Assembly: GCA_031411295.1 (NCBI GenBank)
Contig: JANOAV010000045.1
Coordinates: 1-38,510, forward strand
Length of the DNA stretch: 38,510 bases
Reading direction: 5' to 3'
DNA from: Verrucomicrobiales bacterium
GTDB lineage: Bacteria; Verrucomicrobiota; Verrucomicrobiia; Verrucomicrobiales; V1-33
Shown: piece after piece, positions 28,962-37,105 of the stretch
Numbering within the stretch: the first letter of the stretch is position 1
Layout of the letters: every line of letters begins with the position of its first letter
Notes under the pieces: model-generated
Told to the model about the DNA's origin: nothing
The model's database searches: none
What the model saw: only the letters and a program-made list of their open reading frames with translations
Position numbers and translations under genes: made by a program

Positions 28962-31829
28962 TCACACCTTGAAAACTTTCATCACTTCGTCCCCCAAATG
29001 GTTGATCACCTTCACGGCAATTCTGCCGTTTTTGGGTTTGTCGAAGGGGCGGGAGGTGTCGCTGTTGAGGGTGGCCCAGGCTTCTGGGTTGATTTCGGCT
29101 TTGAGGGTGGTTTTTAGGGCGCTGTAGGGGTCGTTGGCCCCGAGGAAGTAGGCGTGGCGGACGAAGAAGCTTTCTTCGTTGTAGTCGGTGTCGATGAACC
29201 AGCAGGCGATGCCGTCGGCACTGTCGCTGATGACTTCTCCGGTTTGGGGTTTGAAGACGTCCACTCCGTTTACTTTGATGCTCATTTGCCCGTTCTTCTC
29301 CGGGATGAGGGTAATGTCCGGTTCTCCGAAGATGACGAAGAGATTGCCTTTTCCGGTGTTTTTGAGATCCTCGGCCATGTGGAGGTCTGCGTTCATGCGG
29401 GCTTTGAGGACCGGGATGCGGCCCAGTTTGTTGAACTCTGTGGCGTGGGCTTCGTAGTTGAAGGCGCAGGCGATGAGGACATCGAAACCAGCGTCTCCGG
29501 CCTCTCGGGCGGCGGCTACGAGGTCGGCACGTTGGACTGTGCCGAATTCCGGGCCGATGAAAATCGCTGCGCGCTTTTCAGAAATTGAAAATTGAGAATT
29601 AGAAATAGTGAAACCAGCCCCGCCTCCTTTTTCACTATTCTCCATTTTCAATTCACTATTAAACCGTCCTTCCCCGCAGACGAGTTCGCCCGGCCAAGGG
29701 ATAAGGGATGTGAAGGTGATGCGGTCTGCTTTGTGGGCTTGCTGGACTCCGGCGGTTTTGAGGTTCTCCAGGATCAGCTGGGGGAACGTTTGTTTGGTGC
29801 GGTCTGGGGTGTCCTCTCTGAGTCCGTCGATCAATTCGTCATTCTCATCCACGCCCAGCACACGATGGGGGCTGAGACTTTCTACGGTGAATGGTCCAGC
29901 TACGCGGACGCACTTTTTGTTGTCGTAGGGTTTGTCGTAGAGGTATTCAAACTCTGCTTTGGCGGAAATGGATTTGTCGATCTCCTGCTGGCGGGAAATG
30001 CGCGCTTTCCACCATTCCGCGTGGAGTTTCTTGGCAGGTTCTGGCCACTTGGTGTCAGCCTCACGCGGGATTTGCCATTCCTCCCATGTTTGCTTGAGGG
30101 CTTTGTTCAGTTGCTCCCGCAAGGGTTCCAGTTGTTCCTGCCACTGGTCCCAGATGACATCGATCTCCGCGTTGCTGGAAATTGAACTGAGCATGACGTG
30201 CGGCACGCGCTCATAGACGAAGCCGTGGCGGATGTTCCCCTGCACGGGCTGCGTGCTTGGCGCGGTGCGGGTGACTTCGGCTTCCTTGAGCTGGCCCTCG
30301 CGGGAATCGGCCAGCAGGAAAAAGGGGTAACGCGCGCCCATGATGCGGGCACGGGCTAGCGCCAGCGCTACGCGGGAGGTGTCTATCGTGATCCAGCGGC
30401 GGCCCCATTGCTCCGCGACGGTGGCGGTGGTGCCGGAACCGCAGGTCGGGTCGAGGACCAAGTCGCCAGGATCGGTGGCCATCAAGAGGCAGCGTTCAAC
30501 AGCTGTCAGAGCAGTTTGCACAACGTAGGTCTTTGTTCCGCCAAACTGGTTTTGTCCGAGTGTGTCGGTCCAAATATCAGTGAGTTCATAAACCGGGTAG
30601 TCATCGAGAAAACGAATGTAACCCAAGTTGTTTCCCGAGCTTGCTTCGACACGATGCGCCTTAATCAGCCGATCAAAACCAATTTCGTTAGTCTTCCAAC
30701 GAACGGACAGCGACGGCTTGATAACCTGACCTTCAAAATTCACCCCAAACCATGAAGCTGCTCCATCTCCTTTAGCTCGACCGACACTTTGACTTGTGAG
30801 GTTGTCCCTGAAATAGATTTTGGAACCTGCCTCCAAAGTGCTGCCGTCTTCAATCTCTCCTTTTGTCAAAGAACGCCTGCTGAGATTTGGAAGTTGAACG
30901 CTCTTGTAGCCAGTGCCGCCTTTTTGGCCGGGCGCTTTCTTTAAAAGATACTTCCGGTATTTGACTGCTTCCTTCCGTTTCGCATACCAAAGAAGAGTGT
31001 CGAATGTCGGACCAAGATAGTCACCTGTGGAACTGGAGGTCTTTGCGAATACAATTGAACTAACGCAGTTCTCCGCACCAAAAACTTCATCTAGCAACAC
31101 ACGGACGCGGTGGACATTTTCATCCCCAATCTGCACGAAGATGGAGCCGGAATCGGTGAGGAGATCGCGGGCGACGGTGAGCCGATCCCGCAGGTAGGTA
31201 AGGTAACTGTGGATGCCGTCGCGCCAGGTGTCACGGAAGGCTTTGACCTGCTCGGGCTCGCGGGTGATGTGTTCCGCCTTGCCGTCCGTCACGTCACGAC
31301 TGGTGGTGGACCACTGGAAGTTGCTGTTGAATTTGATGCCGTAGGGCGGGTCGAAGTAGATGCATTGCACGCGCCCGCGCAGGCCCTCGCGCTCGGCCAG
31401 GCTGGCCATGACCTGGAGGGAATCCCCCAGGATCATGCGGTTGGACCAGTTCTGGTCGTGGGCGTAGAACTCGGTCTTGTCCGCGCCCTTGGGGATGCCG
31501 TTGAAGTCGGAAAACAAATCCGCCGTCAGGTAGCCATCGTCATACTGTTGTTGTTTCGACTGGCGCAGCAGGTCATCAATCAACGCCTTGGGGTGAACCT
31601 TTTCCTGAATGTATAGCGGCGGAGCGTTGACCACCAGATCACTCCAGTCCTGCTCATCCTTCCCGCGCCAAACCAACTGCGGATCCAAATCCGCATTCCG
31701 GGGATACCGGATCTTCTTGGGACTCTCCTGTTCCTTCTGAATAAACGATTGCTGCTCCACGGAAGGAATGTTCTTCCGCTTGGCGTCGTCGTGCTTAATG
31801 GCCTCGACGGATTTGGGTGGCTTTGCCAT
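28962..31829 (-). CDS. mod: Site-specific adenine DNA methyltransferase, type III-like Mod subunit
   Basis: GDSL, catalytic IYFDPPYG, SAM-binding VLDPTCGSGTT in beta-class order, C-terminal IAVKVINHLGDEVMKV. Partner Res gene lies upstream. Confidence 0.93.
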   Translation of the reverse strand: MAKPPKSVEAIKHDDAKRKNIPSVEQQSFIQKEQESPKKIRYPRNADLDPQLVWRGKDEQDWSDLVVNAPPLYIQEKVHPKALIDDLLRQSKQQQYDDGYLTADLFSDFNGIPKGADKTEFYAHDQNWSNRMILGDSLQVMASLAEREGLRGRVQCIYFDPPYGIKFNSNFQWSTTSRDVTDGKAEHITREPEQVKAFRDTWRDGIHSYLTYLRDRLTVARDLLTDSGSIFVQIGDENVHRVRVLLDEVFGAENCVSSIVFAKTSSSTGDYLGPTFDTLLWYAKRKEAVKYRKYLLKKAPGQKGGTGYKSVQLPNLSRRSLTKGEIEDGSTLEAGSKIYFRDNLTSQSVGRAKGDGAASWFGVNFEGQVIKPSLSVRWKTNEIGFDRLIKAHRVEASSGNNLGYIRFLDDYPVYELTDIWTDTLGQNQFGGTKTYVVQTALTAVERCLLMATDPGDLVLDPTCGSGTTATVAEQWGRRWITIDTSRVALALARARIMGARYPFFLLADSREGQLKEAEVTRTAPSTQPVQGNIRHGFVYERVPHVMLSSISSNAEIDVIWDQWQEQLEPLREQLNKALKQTWEEWQIPREADTKWPEPAKKLHAEWWKARISRQQEIDKSISAKAEFEYLYDKPYDNKKCVRVAGPFTVESLSPHRVLGVDENDELIDGLREDTPDRTKQTFPQLILENLKTAGVQQAHKADRITFTSLIPWPGELVCGEGRFNSELKMENSEKGGGAGFTISNSQFSISEKRAAIFIGPEFGTVQRADLVAAAREAGDAGFDVLIACAFNYEAHATEFNKLGRIPVLKARMNADLHMAEDLKNTGKGNLFVIFGEPDITLIPEKNGQMSIKVNGVDVFKPQTGEVISDSADGIACWFIDTDYNEESFFVRHAYFLGANDPYSALKTTLKAEINPEAWATLNSDTSRPFDKPKNGRIAVKVINHLGDEVMKVFKV
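29583..29660. repeat. Inverted heptamer array (4+4 units) embedded in frame in mod
   Basis: AATTGAA AATTGAG AATTAGA AATAGTG aaa-loop-ttt CACTATT CTCCATT TTCAATT CACTATT, 78 bp. Confidence 0.9.
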
Positions 31830-31831
31830 AA

Positions 31832-31942
31832 AATTGAGAATAGTGAATTTTAAATAGTGAAAGGTGAATGTTGGAAATTAGGAATTGAGAATTGAGAATG
31901 CTTGGCTTTGATTTCACCATTCTAAATTTTCAATTTACTATT
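31832..31942. repeat. Heptamer arrays (9 units facing 4 complementary units) between mod start and the 3' end of the four-helix-bundle gene
   Basis: AATTGAG AATAGTG AATTTTA AATAGTG AAAGGTG AATGTTGGA AATTAGG AATTGAG AATTGAG (31832-31896), then CACCATT CTAAATT TTCAATT TACTATT (31915-31942). Confidence 0.9.
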
Positions 31943-32299
31943 TTTCACGATAGTGGTTAGGATCGCTACAAGTTGGTTGGATTCGTCTGTGATTTCACTG
32001 AGGCGGGAAGCAGGGACGATTTCCGTGGCCGCGAGGAGACGCAGCCAGTATTGAGTTTCGCGTGCTTCTTTGCAGGCGATGGATATTTTACTAATGAAGT
32101 CAGCGCGGCTCTGCCCTGCCTGGGCCTCTTCCGTATTGGCCCCGATGGAAGTGCCGGAGCGAAGTAATTGATTCGCCAAAGTCCGGCTCACACCGGGCGT
32201 TTGATCCAACTGTTGGCAAAGCTTAACAATGCGCCGGGCAAACTCAAATGTCCGCTCGGGTAGATCCCGCTTTGAATGCTCATTTTCACTAGTCATCAT
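31922..32299 (-). CDS. Four helix bundle protein (23S rRNA-IVP / TIGR02436-like)
   Basis: DL.ERTFEFA..IV, NQLLRSGTSIGANTEEA..GQSRADFISKISIACKEARETQYWLRLL. ATG at 32299 preferred to TTG at 32305. Confidence 0.95.
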   Translation of the reverse strand: MMTSENEHSKRDLPERTFEFARRIVKLCQQLDQTPGVSRTLANQLLRSGTSIGANTEEAQAGQSRADFISKISIACKEARETQYWLRLLAATEIVPASRLSEITDESNQLVAILTTIVKNSKLKI

Positions 32300-32321
32300 T
32301 TTCAATTCACTATTTCTAATT
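32287..32321. repeat. Heptamer array (5 units) spanning the Fic stop and four-helix-bundle start
   Basis: CACTAGT CATCATT TTCAATT CACTATT TCTAATT. Confidence 0.85.
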
Positions 32322-33392
32322 TCTCGTCAGAATAGTCGTGAGAACTGGGTTAATGAAATAGTTATAACGTCCGACTTTCCTTTTCTGGAGAAAGCCAGTG
32401 TTTACCAATGCTTCCAAGTAGCGGGTGGCCGTGAGGCGAGAGACTTTGAGATCCCGCTCAATAAATTCGATTTTCGTATAGGGGTGGGTAAAGAGATTGT
32501 TGATGAGGTCTTGGCTGTAGAACTTATGGGTGGCACGGATGCGATGTTTGTAGTCTTGGAGCGCGTCTTTGATTTGCTTAATGGTCGCGATGGCCAGAGT
32601 GGCGGTGTCTTCCACGGCGGTGAGGAGATAGAGCACCCAGGCTTCCCAGGTGTCTTCGGTGCGCACGGATTGCAGGAGGCGGTAGTATTCCGCCTTGGTA
32701 TGCATAATGGAGCGGCTGAGGTAAAGCACGGGGATGTCCAGCAGCCCTTGCTGCACCAGATAGAGCACATTGATGATGCGCCCAGTGCGGCCATTGCCGT
32801 CGTAAAACGGATGGATGCTTTCAAATTGATGGTGAATGAGTGCCATCTTGATGAGGGGATCCGCATCGAATAGGTCAGAATCATTGATGAATCGCTCTAG
32901 ATCGGTCATGAGCGCCAGGATGCTGTCGTGGTCCTGAGGGGGGGTATAAACGGTGTGCCCTGCTCCGTCCTTGAGGCTGGTGCCGGGGACTTTGCGGAAA
33001 CCCGCGTTGTTCTCTTCTAAGACGGCTTGGATTTCCACAATGTGGTTTTTCGTCAGCAGGCCCGTATCCCGCACCAGTTTGAATCCTTGCCAAAGTGCCT
33101 CCCTATATCGCAGCACTTCCTTGGCAGCAGGGCTAAGCGCACTGGTTGGACTGAGGTCCTCTTGAAATAGCTCGTCATGCGTCGTGACGATGTTTTCAAT
33201 TTCCGAACTGTCCTTGGCTTCCTGCATGGACAGGGTGTTAATCAGGATACTCTGACGAGGAATAGACCCCGCAGCTCCTTTCAACTCTGCCAGTTTCCGA
33301 CTGGCACTGGCCAGTTTTTTCAAGATAGCAGGGGTTTCGAAGCGTGAGGGCGCCAACGAATGGAGGGGAGCGAATGGTTGTATGGAGGACAT
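32316..33392 (-). CDS. fic: Fic family protein (class II, N-terminal inhibitory motif, C-terminal HTH)
   Basis: Catalytic HPFYDGNGRTGR, inhibitory SSEIEN, C-terminal HTH-like LKVSRLTATRYLEALV..G. Confidence 0.95.
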   Translation of the reverse strand: MSSIQPFAPLHSLAPSRFETPAILKKLASASRKLAELKGAAGSIPRQSILINTLSMQEAKDSSEIENIVTTHDELFQEDLSPTSALSPAAKEVLRYREALWQGFKLVRDTGLLTKNHIVEIQAVLEENNAGFRKVPGTSLKDGAGHTVYTPPQDHDSILALMTDLERFINDSDLFDADPLIKMALIHHQFESIHPFYDGNGRTGRIINVLYLVQQGLLDIPVLYLSRSIMHTKAEYYRLLQSVRTEDTWEAWVLYLLTAVEDTATLAIATIKQIKDALQDYKHRIRATHKFYSQDLINNLFTHPYTKIEFIERDLKVSRLTATRYLEALVNTGFLQKRKVGRYNYFINPVLTTILTRN

Positions 33393-33440
33393 CGTGTATA
33401 GTAAATCCTAATTTCCTATGCACGACAAGGGCAACATGTA

Positions 33441-33466
33441 TCAAAATGCAACGCGTTGCAATTTGA
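33441..33466. promoter_or_regulatory. 26-bp near-perfect palindrome upstream of fic (candidate operator)
   Basis: TCAAAATGCAACG|CGTTGCAATTTGA, one mismatched pair, about 50 bp upstream of the ATG. Confidence 0.45.
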
Positions 33467-33618
33467 GGCCACCCTACAGGATGAGGACGAAAAGGCGGAG
33501 AGTGCAATTCCAATCGGCGTCACGCATAGAAAACGCCACTTTTTGATACTCGTCGCCCAGACATGGCACAAAAAACGGTGTTTTCTTTGCATGAGGGAGG
33601 GAAATGGTCCGCTTTCGT

Positions 33619-36600
33619 TCATTTCCCCACCCCCACGGTTTGCAGGAGTTCGCCAAATTTCTCCGCAACCTTGGCCCCGAAGTCGGCTTCGATTTGGTAG
33701 ATTTCCGTGAATTCCGCAAAGGCCCAGCGGCCATGGGTTCCAAGGTGATTCACCCCAGGAACCCAGTAGGTCTCCATAGTGGATTTCTTCTCCTTGGCGT
33801 CCTCCCGGCGGTAACCCTTGATTTCCACCACCAGACGCAGCAGATCATCCGGGCCATGGCCATCATCCACGAGGACGATGAAGTCTGGAAGGTATTTGCG
33901 GATGAGGGAACCGTAACGGTAGGGGACCTCGAAGCCGAGGTTGTGATTCTTGACGTAGGCCTTGACCTTGGGATGAGCTTCAGCCACGCGGCAGAATTCT
34001 CCCTCCCAATCGATATCCAGAATACACCAGTTGATGTGACAGTGGTTGGAACTCGTCTCCCAACGCTCTGGGTTGGAGGTATTGAACCGAACATGCATGG
34101 TGGAGCCTTCGGGATTGTAAGGATCTAGCAGGGCCTTGATGGGGCGCTCACCCAGGAATTTCCGAGTGATTCCAGCGGTAATGCGATTGCACGCCATGTC
34201 GGCCAATTCCTGATACATGAGGAGCCCGGGATAGGTATCGCCTGTGCAGACGAGGCAGGTGTCCATCCACTGCTTGGTGATGCGCTTCAACTGGCCGAAA
34301 AGATGGAGCTGCGGGTCCTCACCAGGATCGCGCCATTTGGTGTAAAGCAGGCGATGAGTGACATGGAACAGCAGGGAGGATGGGCGAATATCCCCCAGAT
34401 GCTTCAGGCTCATGTCTGCGGCCTCGCCAATAATGCCTGAGTTCCGAGTGATGGATGGCCCAACCAAATCTGGACTCAGGGTAAGAATGGAATCGTCTGT
34501 GAATTCCGCTTCCAAGCGTTCCTCAGGGAGTTCTACACGGTATCCTTCGACGCGGGGAAAACGGATTTCCAGATGATCGCGCTCGGGACGCATGGCTTTG
34601 ACTTGAATGGTCTTACGCGGCGGTTGCGGCGGTGCGATGACTGGCTTGGCGGTGAAATCGAAGGGGATGCCAAAGACGTCCGCATATTCCACATTGAAGA
34701 GGCCTTCATCGTTGAGTTCGTAGGATTGACGACGCAAGGCGCGTCCGATGACTTGCTCGCAAAGGAGCTGGGTTCCGAAAGCACGGACACCCAGCACGTG
34801 GGTAACGGTATTAGCGTCCCAACCTTCCGTAAGCATGGATACAGAAACCACACAGCGGATGCTGCCGCCAAGTTGTCCGAATTTCCCCACCGTGTTCATC
34901 ACTTCGCGGAGGAGTTCCTGATCGCTGATATTGTCCCCGGAACGGGCATCGCCTGAGCGTTCCACGATTTCCCGACGGAAGCGCTCGATTTCATCGCCTG
35001 CCATTTGTCGGAAATTGGTATCGAGCACATCTCCAGCTTCGAGTTGCTCACTGTCGATGAGGAGGGTGTTGGGACGTGGGAGCGGGTTGCCCGTGGAGTC
35101 ATCGAAATTGCGGAAGAGCGCCAGCCGTCCATTTTCCAAGGTCTGGGAGCCATCAGAATTGGTCCGGTGGAAACCGGAAATGAAGTCGTAAATGAGCTTG
35201 GAAATCGAGGTATTCTGGCAGACGATGATGAAGCAAGGAGGGACGTTAATCCCTGCGCTTTGCCAGAGATCGAAGGTCTTTTCGTAATGGCCGTAGAGTG
35301 CCTGAATCGCTGTCTGGAGGCGGGTGGGGAGTTTGAGCGGATCCAATTCACCGGCCTTGCCCTTGCCTTTCTTCGGCATGTCATTGCGTATGTTCTCCCA
35401 GAGATCACGGAACATGGGCATTTCCTTGCCGGGAATATTTTCCGCCACGGGGACACGGGGGAGTTTCACAATCCCGCACTCGATGGCATCCATGAGGGAG
35501 AAGTCACTCATGGTCCATGGGAAAATGGTGCCTTCTGCATAGCCGGAACCGCGTAGGAAGAAGGGTGTGGCAGAGAGGTCGATAACACGGGACAAGCCGA
35601 GCTTGCGATTGACTGCTTCCAGACCGGAAATCCAGAGACGGGCGGCCTCGTTGTTCTTTTCCGCTTCCCGCTTTTTATCCCCGGAGAGATCATCGTCTTC
35701 ATCGGAGGCTGGTTTCTCCCGGTAACAGTGATGGGCTTCGTCGTTGAGGACGAGGATGCTTTTCATGCCCATGAGGTCCGGCATGACGCGTTGGATCATC
35801 TGGCCTTCCGTTTCGACAGTAAGCAAGTCTTCACCCAGTCGGCCCTTGAGCAATTGGCGACCGCCTTTGGAAATGTCGATGCGCTCACGGAGCTTGAACG
35901 CATGGTAGTTGGTAATGACGATCTTGGCGCGGGTCAGATCTTCCAACATGTCATGCGGCACGAGTTCGCGACTGGCATAATAGCTGTCAGGGTCGTTCGG
36001 CTGCAGAACTCGCAAGCGGTCCCGGATCGTGAGACCAGGAGCCACGATCAAGAAGCCACGAGTAAACATTTTGGAACCCGAACGACGCACGGCATTGATA
36101 GTCTGCCAGGCAATGAGCATAGCCATGACGGTGGTTTTTCCAGCACCCGTGGCAAGCTTCAGCGCGAGCCGGTAAAGTTGAGGATTCGCCTCTTTGTTGG
36201 CACCAGCGAGGAGGTCGAGAATTCGTTTCCCAGATTTAGACTGTGGTGCAACTTCCGTAAGCCAAATGGCGGTCTCGGCAGCTTCGATCTGACAGAAGAA
36301 GGGACGCTGATTCTGAAAATCATGGTGCCGCCAATGCTGAAGCAACCGGGTCGTCTCAGGGGTGACACCCCAGTCCCGAGGGCTGGGCAGATTCCGCCAC
36401 GCGTCAACATAGCCCCGCACCTCGTTGATAATGGAATTGGCATCATACTGCTGGGCAGCAGTGGACAGTCCGATGCCTTCGTTGAAAACCATTTCCGCCT
36501 GAGCCGCAGCCTTGCGCTTCTTCGGCTTGGGAATCGGCGTGATGAATTCCGCCTTCCGACGGGCGGGAAGCACAAGCTGAGTTGGCTGGCCGGAGGCATC

Positions 36601-36672
36601 CAGCTCCCAATGCTGCCGCGGGCAGGCGTAAGGACTGTTAAGGATCGGGTGGTCGAAGAAGGGATTGGACAC
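33619..36672 (-). CDS. res: Type III-like restriction endonuclease Res subunit (DEAH helicase + PD-(D/E)XK; resembles the BPTD_3080 family)
   Basis: PILNSPY, FFCQIEAAET, Walker A ATGAGKT, NDEAHHCY, SATP, MLTEGWDA, EQVIGRALRR, C-terminal YLPDFIV...VEIKG. GTG start. Confidence 0.92.
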   Translation of the reverse strand: MSNPFFDHPILNSPYACPRQHWELDASGQPTQLVLPARRKAEFITPIPKPKKRKAAAQAEMVFNEGIGLSTAAQQYDANSIINEVRGYVDAWRNLPSPRDWGVTPETTRLLQHWRHHDFQNQRPFFCQIEAAETAIWLTEVAPQSKSGKRILDLLAGANKEANPQLYRLALKLATGAGKTTVMAMLIAWQTINAVRRSGSKMFTRGFLIVAPGLTIRDRLRVLQPNDPDSYYASRELVPHDMLEDLTRAKIVITNYHAFKLRERIDISKGGRQLLKGRLGEDLLTVETEGQMIQRVMPDLMGMKSILVLNDEAHHCYREKPASDEDDDLSGDKKREAEKNNEAARLWISGLEAVNRKLGLSRVIDLSATPFFLRGSGYAEGTIFPWTMSDFSLMDAIECGIVKLPRVPVAENIPGKEMPMFRDLWENIRNDMPKKGKGKAGELDPLKLPTRLQTAIQALYGHYEKTFDLWQSAGINVPPCFIIVCQNTSISKLIYDFISGFHRTNSDGSQTLENGRLALFRNFDDSTGNPLPRPNTLLIDSEQLEAGDVLDTNFRQMAGDEIERFRREIVERSGDARSGDNISDQELLREVMNTVGKFGQLGGSIRCVVSVSMLTEGWDANTVTHVLGVRAFGTQLLCEQVIGRALRRQSYELNDEGLFNVEYADVFGIPFDFTAKPVIAPPQPPRKTIQVKAMRPERDHLEIRFPRVEGYRVELPEERLEAEFTDDSILTLSPDLVGPSITRNSGIIGEAADMSLKHLGDIRPSSLLFHVTHRLLYTKWRDPGEDPQLHLFGQLKRITKQWMDTCLVCTGDTYPGLLMYQELADMACNRITAGITRKFLGERPIKALLDPYNPEGSTMHVRFNTSNPERWETSSNHCHINWCILDIDWEGEFCRVAEAHPKVKAYVKNHNLGFEVPYRYGSLIRKYLPDFIVLVDDGHGPDDLLRLVVEIKGYRREDAKEKKSTMETYWVPGVNHLGTHGRWAFAEFTEIYQIEADFGAKVAEKFGELLQTVGVGK

Positions 36673-36919
36673 TTGAGTGAGAGGAAAAAGTTGGCACTCA
36701 AATGCAAAATGGGCACCGTTAGGTTGTCAGTTTAGAGCGCGTCGCAAAGATCGCAAGATTTGCGTGGAGAATTCTTGTGGTTTGAGGGAGCTGTCAGAAC
36801 TTGTGCTTTTCCAGTGCTGACAGCGCAGGAAAGGGACGCTAATAAGACGAGATGGCGGACTATCAGCGGGCAACCGCTTAAGGCGCTGGATTTGATTGCA
36901 TTGGAAATTTAGCAAATTC

Positions 36920-36952
36920 ACCTAAGTTTAGCAAAATTCGCTAAACTTAGGT
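36920..36952. repeat. Perfect 13-7-13 inverted repeat
   Basis: ACCTAAGTTTAGC-aaaattc-GCTAAACTTAGGT. Confidence 0.85.
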
Positions 36953-36976
36953 AAACTTCTTCAAACTCGAAAAACC

Positions 36977-37090
36977 TTAATTACCTGGGGACTGATCCAG
37001 TTGCTGGCAAAGCTTGACGATCCGCCGAGCGAACTCAAAAGTCCGCTCCGGTAGATACCGCTTCGATTGCTCATTTTCACCATTCATCAT
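36977..37090 (-). pseudogene. Truncated 5' copy of the four-helix-bundle gene (not in the ORF track)
   Basis: Translates MMNGENEQSKRYLPERTFEFARRIVKLCQQLDQSPGN* versus intact MMTSENEHSKRDLPERTFEFARRIVKLCQQLDQTPGV. Begins within degenerate heptamers AATAATG AACGGGA AATGATG AATGGTG on the minus strand. Confidence 0.9.
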
Positions 37091-37105
37091 TTCCCGTTCA
37101 TTATT

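Noticed and set aside
31922..32299. 4HB gene as marker of a 23S rRNA IVS or a diversity-generating retroelement
   Set aside because: No rRNA sequence, reverse transcriptase or adenine-specific TR/VR pair is seen. The differences between duplicated segments are mostly synonymous, not A-specific.
31832..32321. Heptamer arrays as CRISPR or as a phase-variation simple sequence repeat
   Set aside because: No spacers or cas genes. The units are degenerate and arranged as inverted arrays, unlike the perfect tandem tracts of phase-variable mod genes.
36691..36706. Sigma-54-like TGGCAC...TGCA
   Set aside because: GG-to-GC spacing is 9 rather than 10 nt, and it points away from res.
35728..36735. 335-aa plus-strand ORF
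   Set aside because: Antisense shadow of res in GC-rich DNA; no recognisable motifs.
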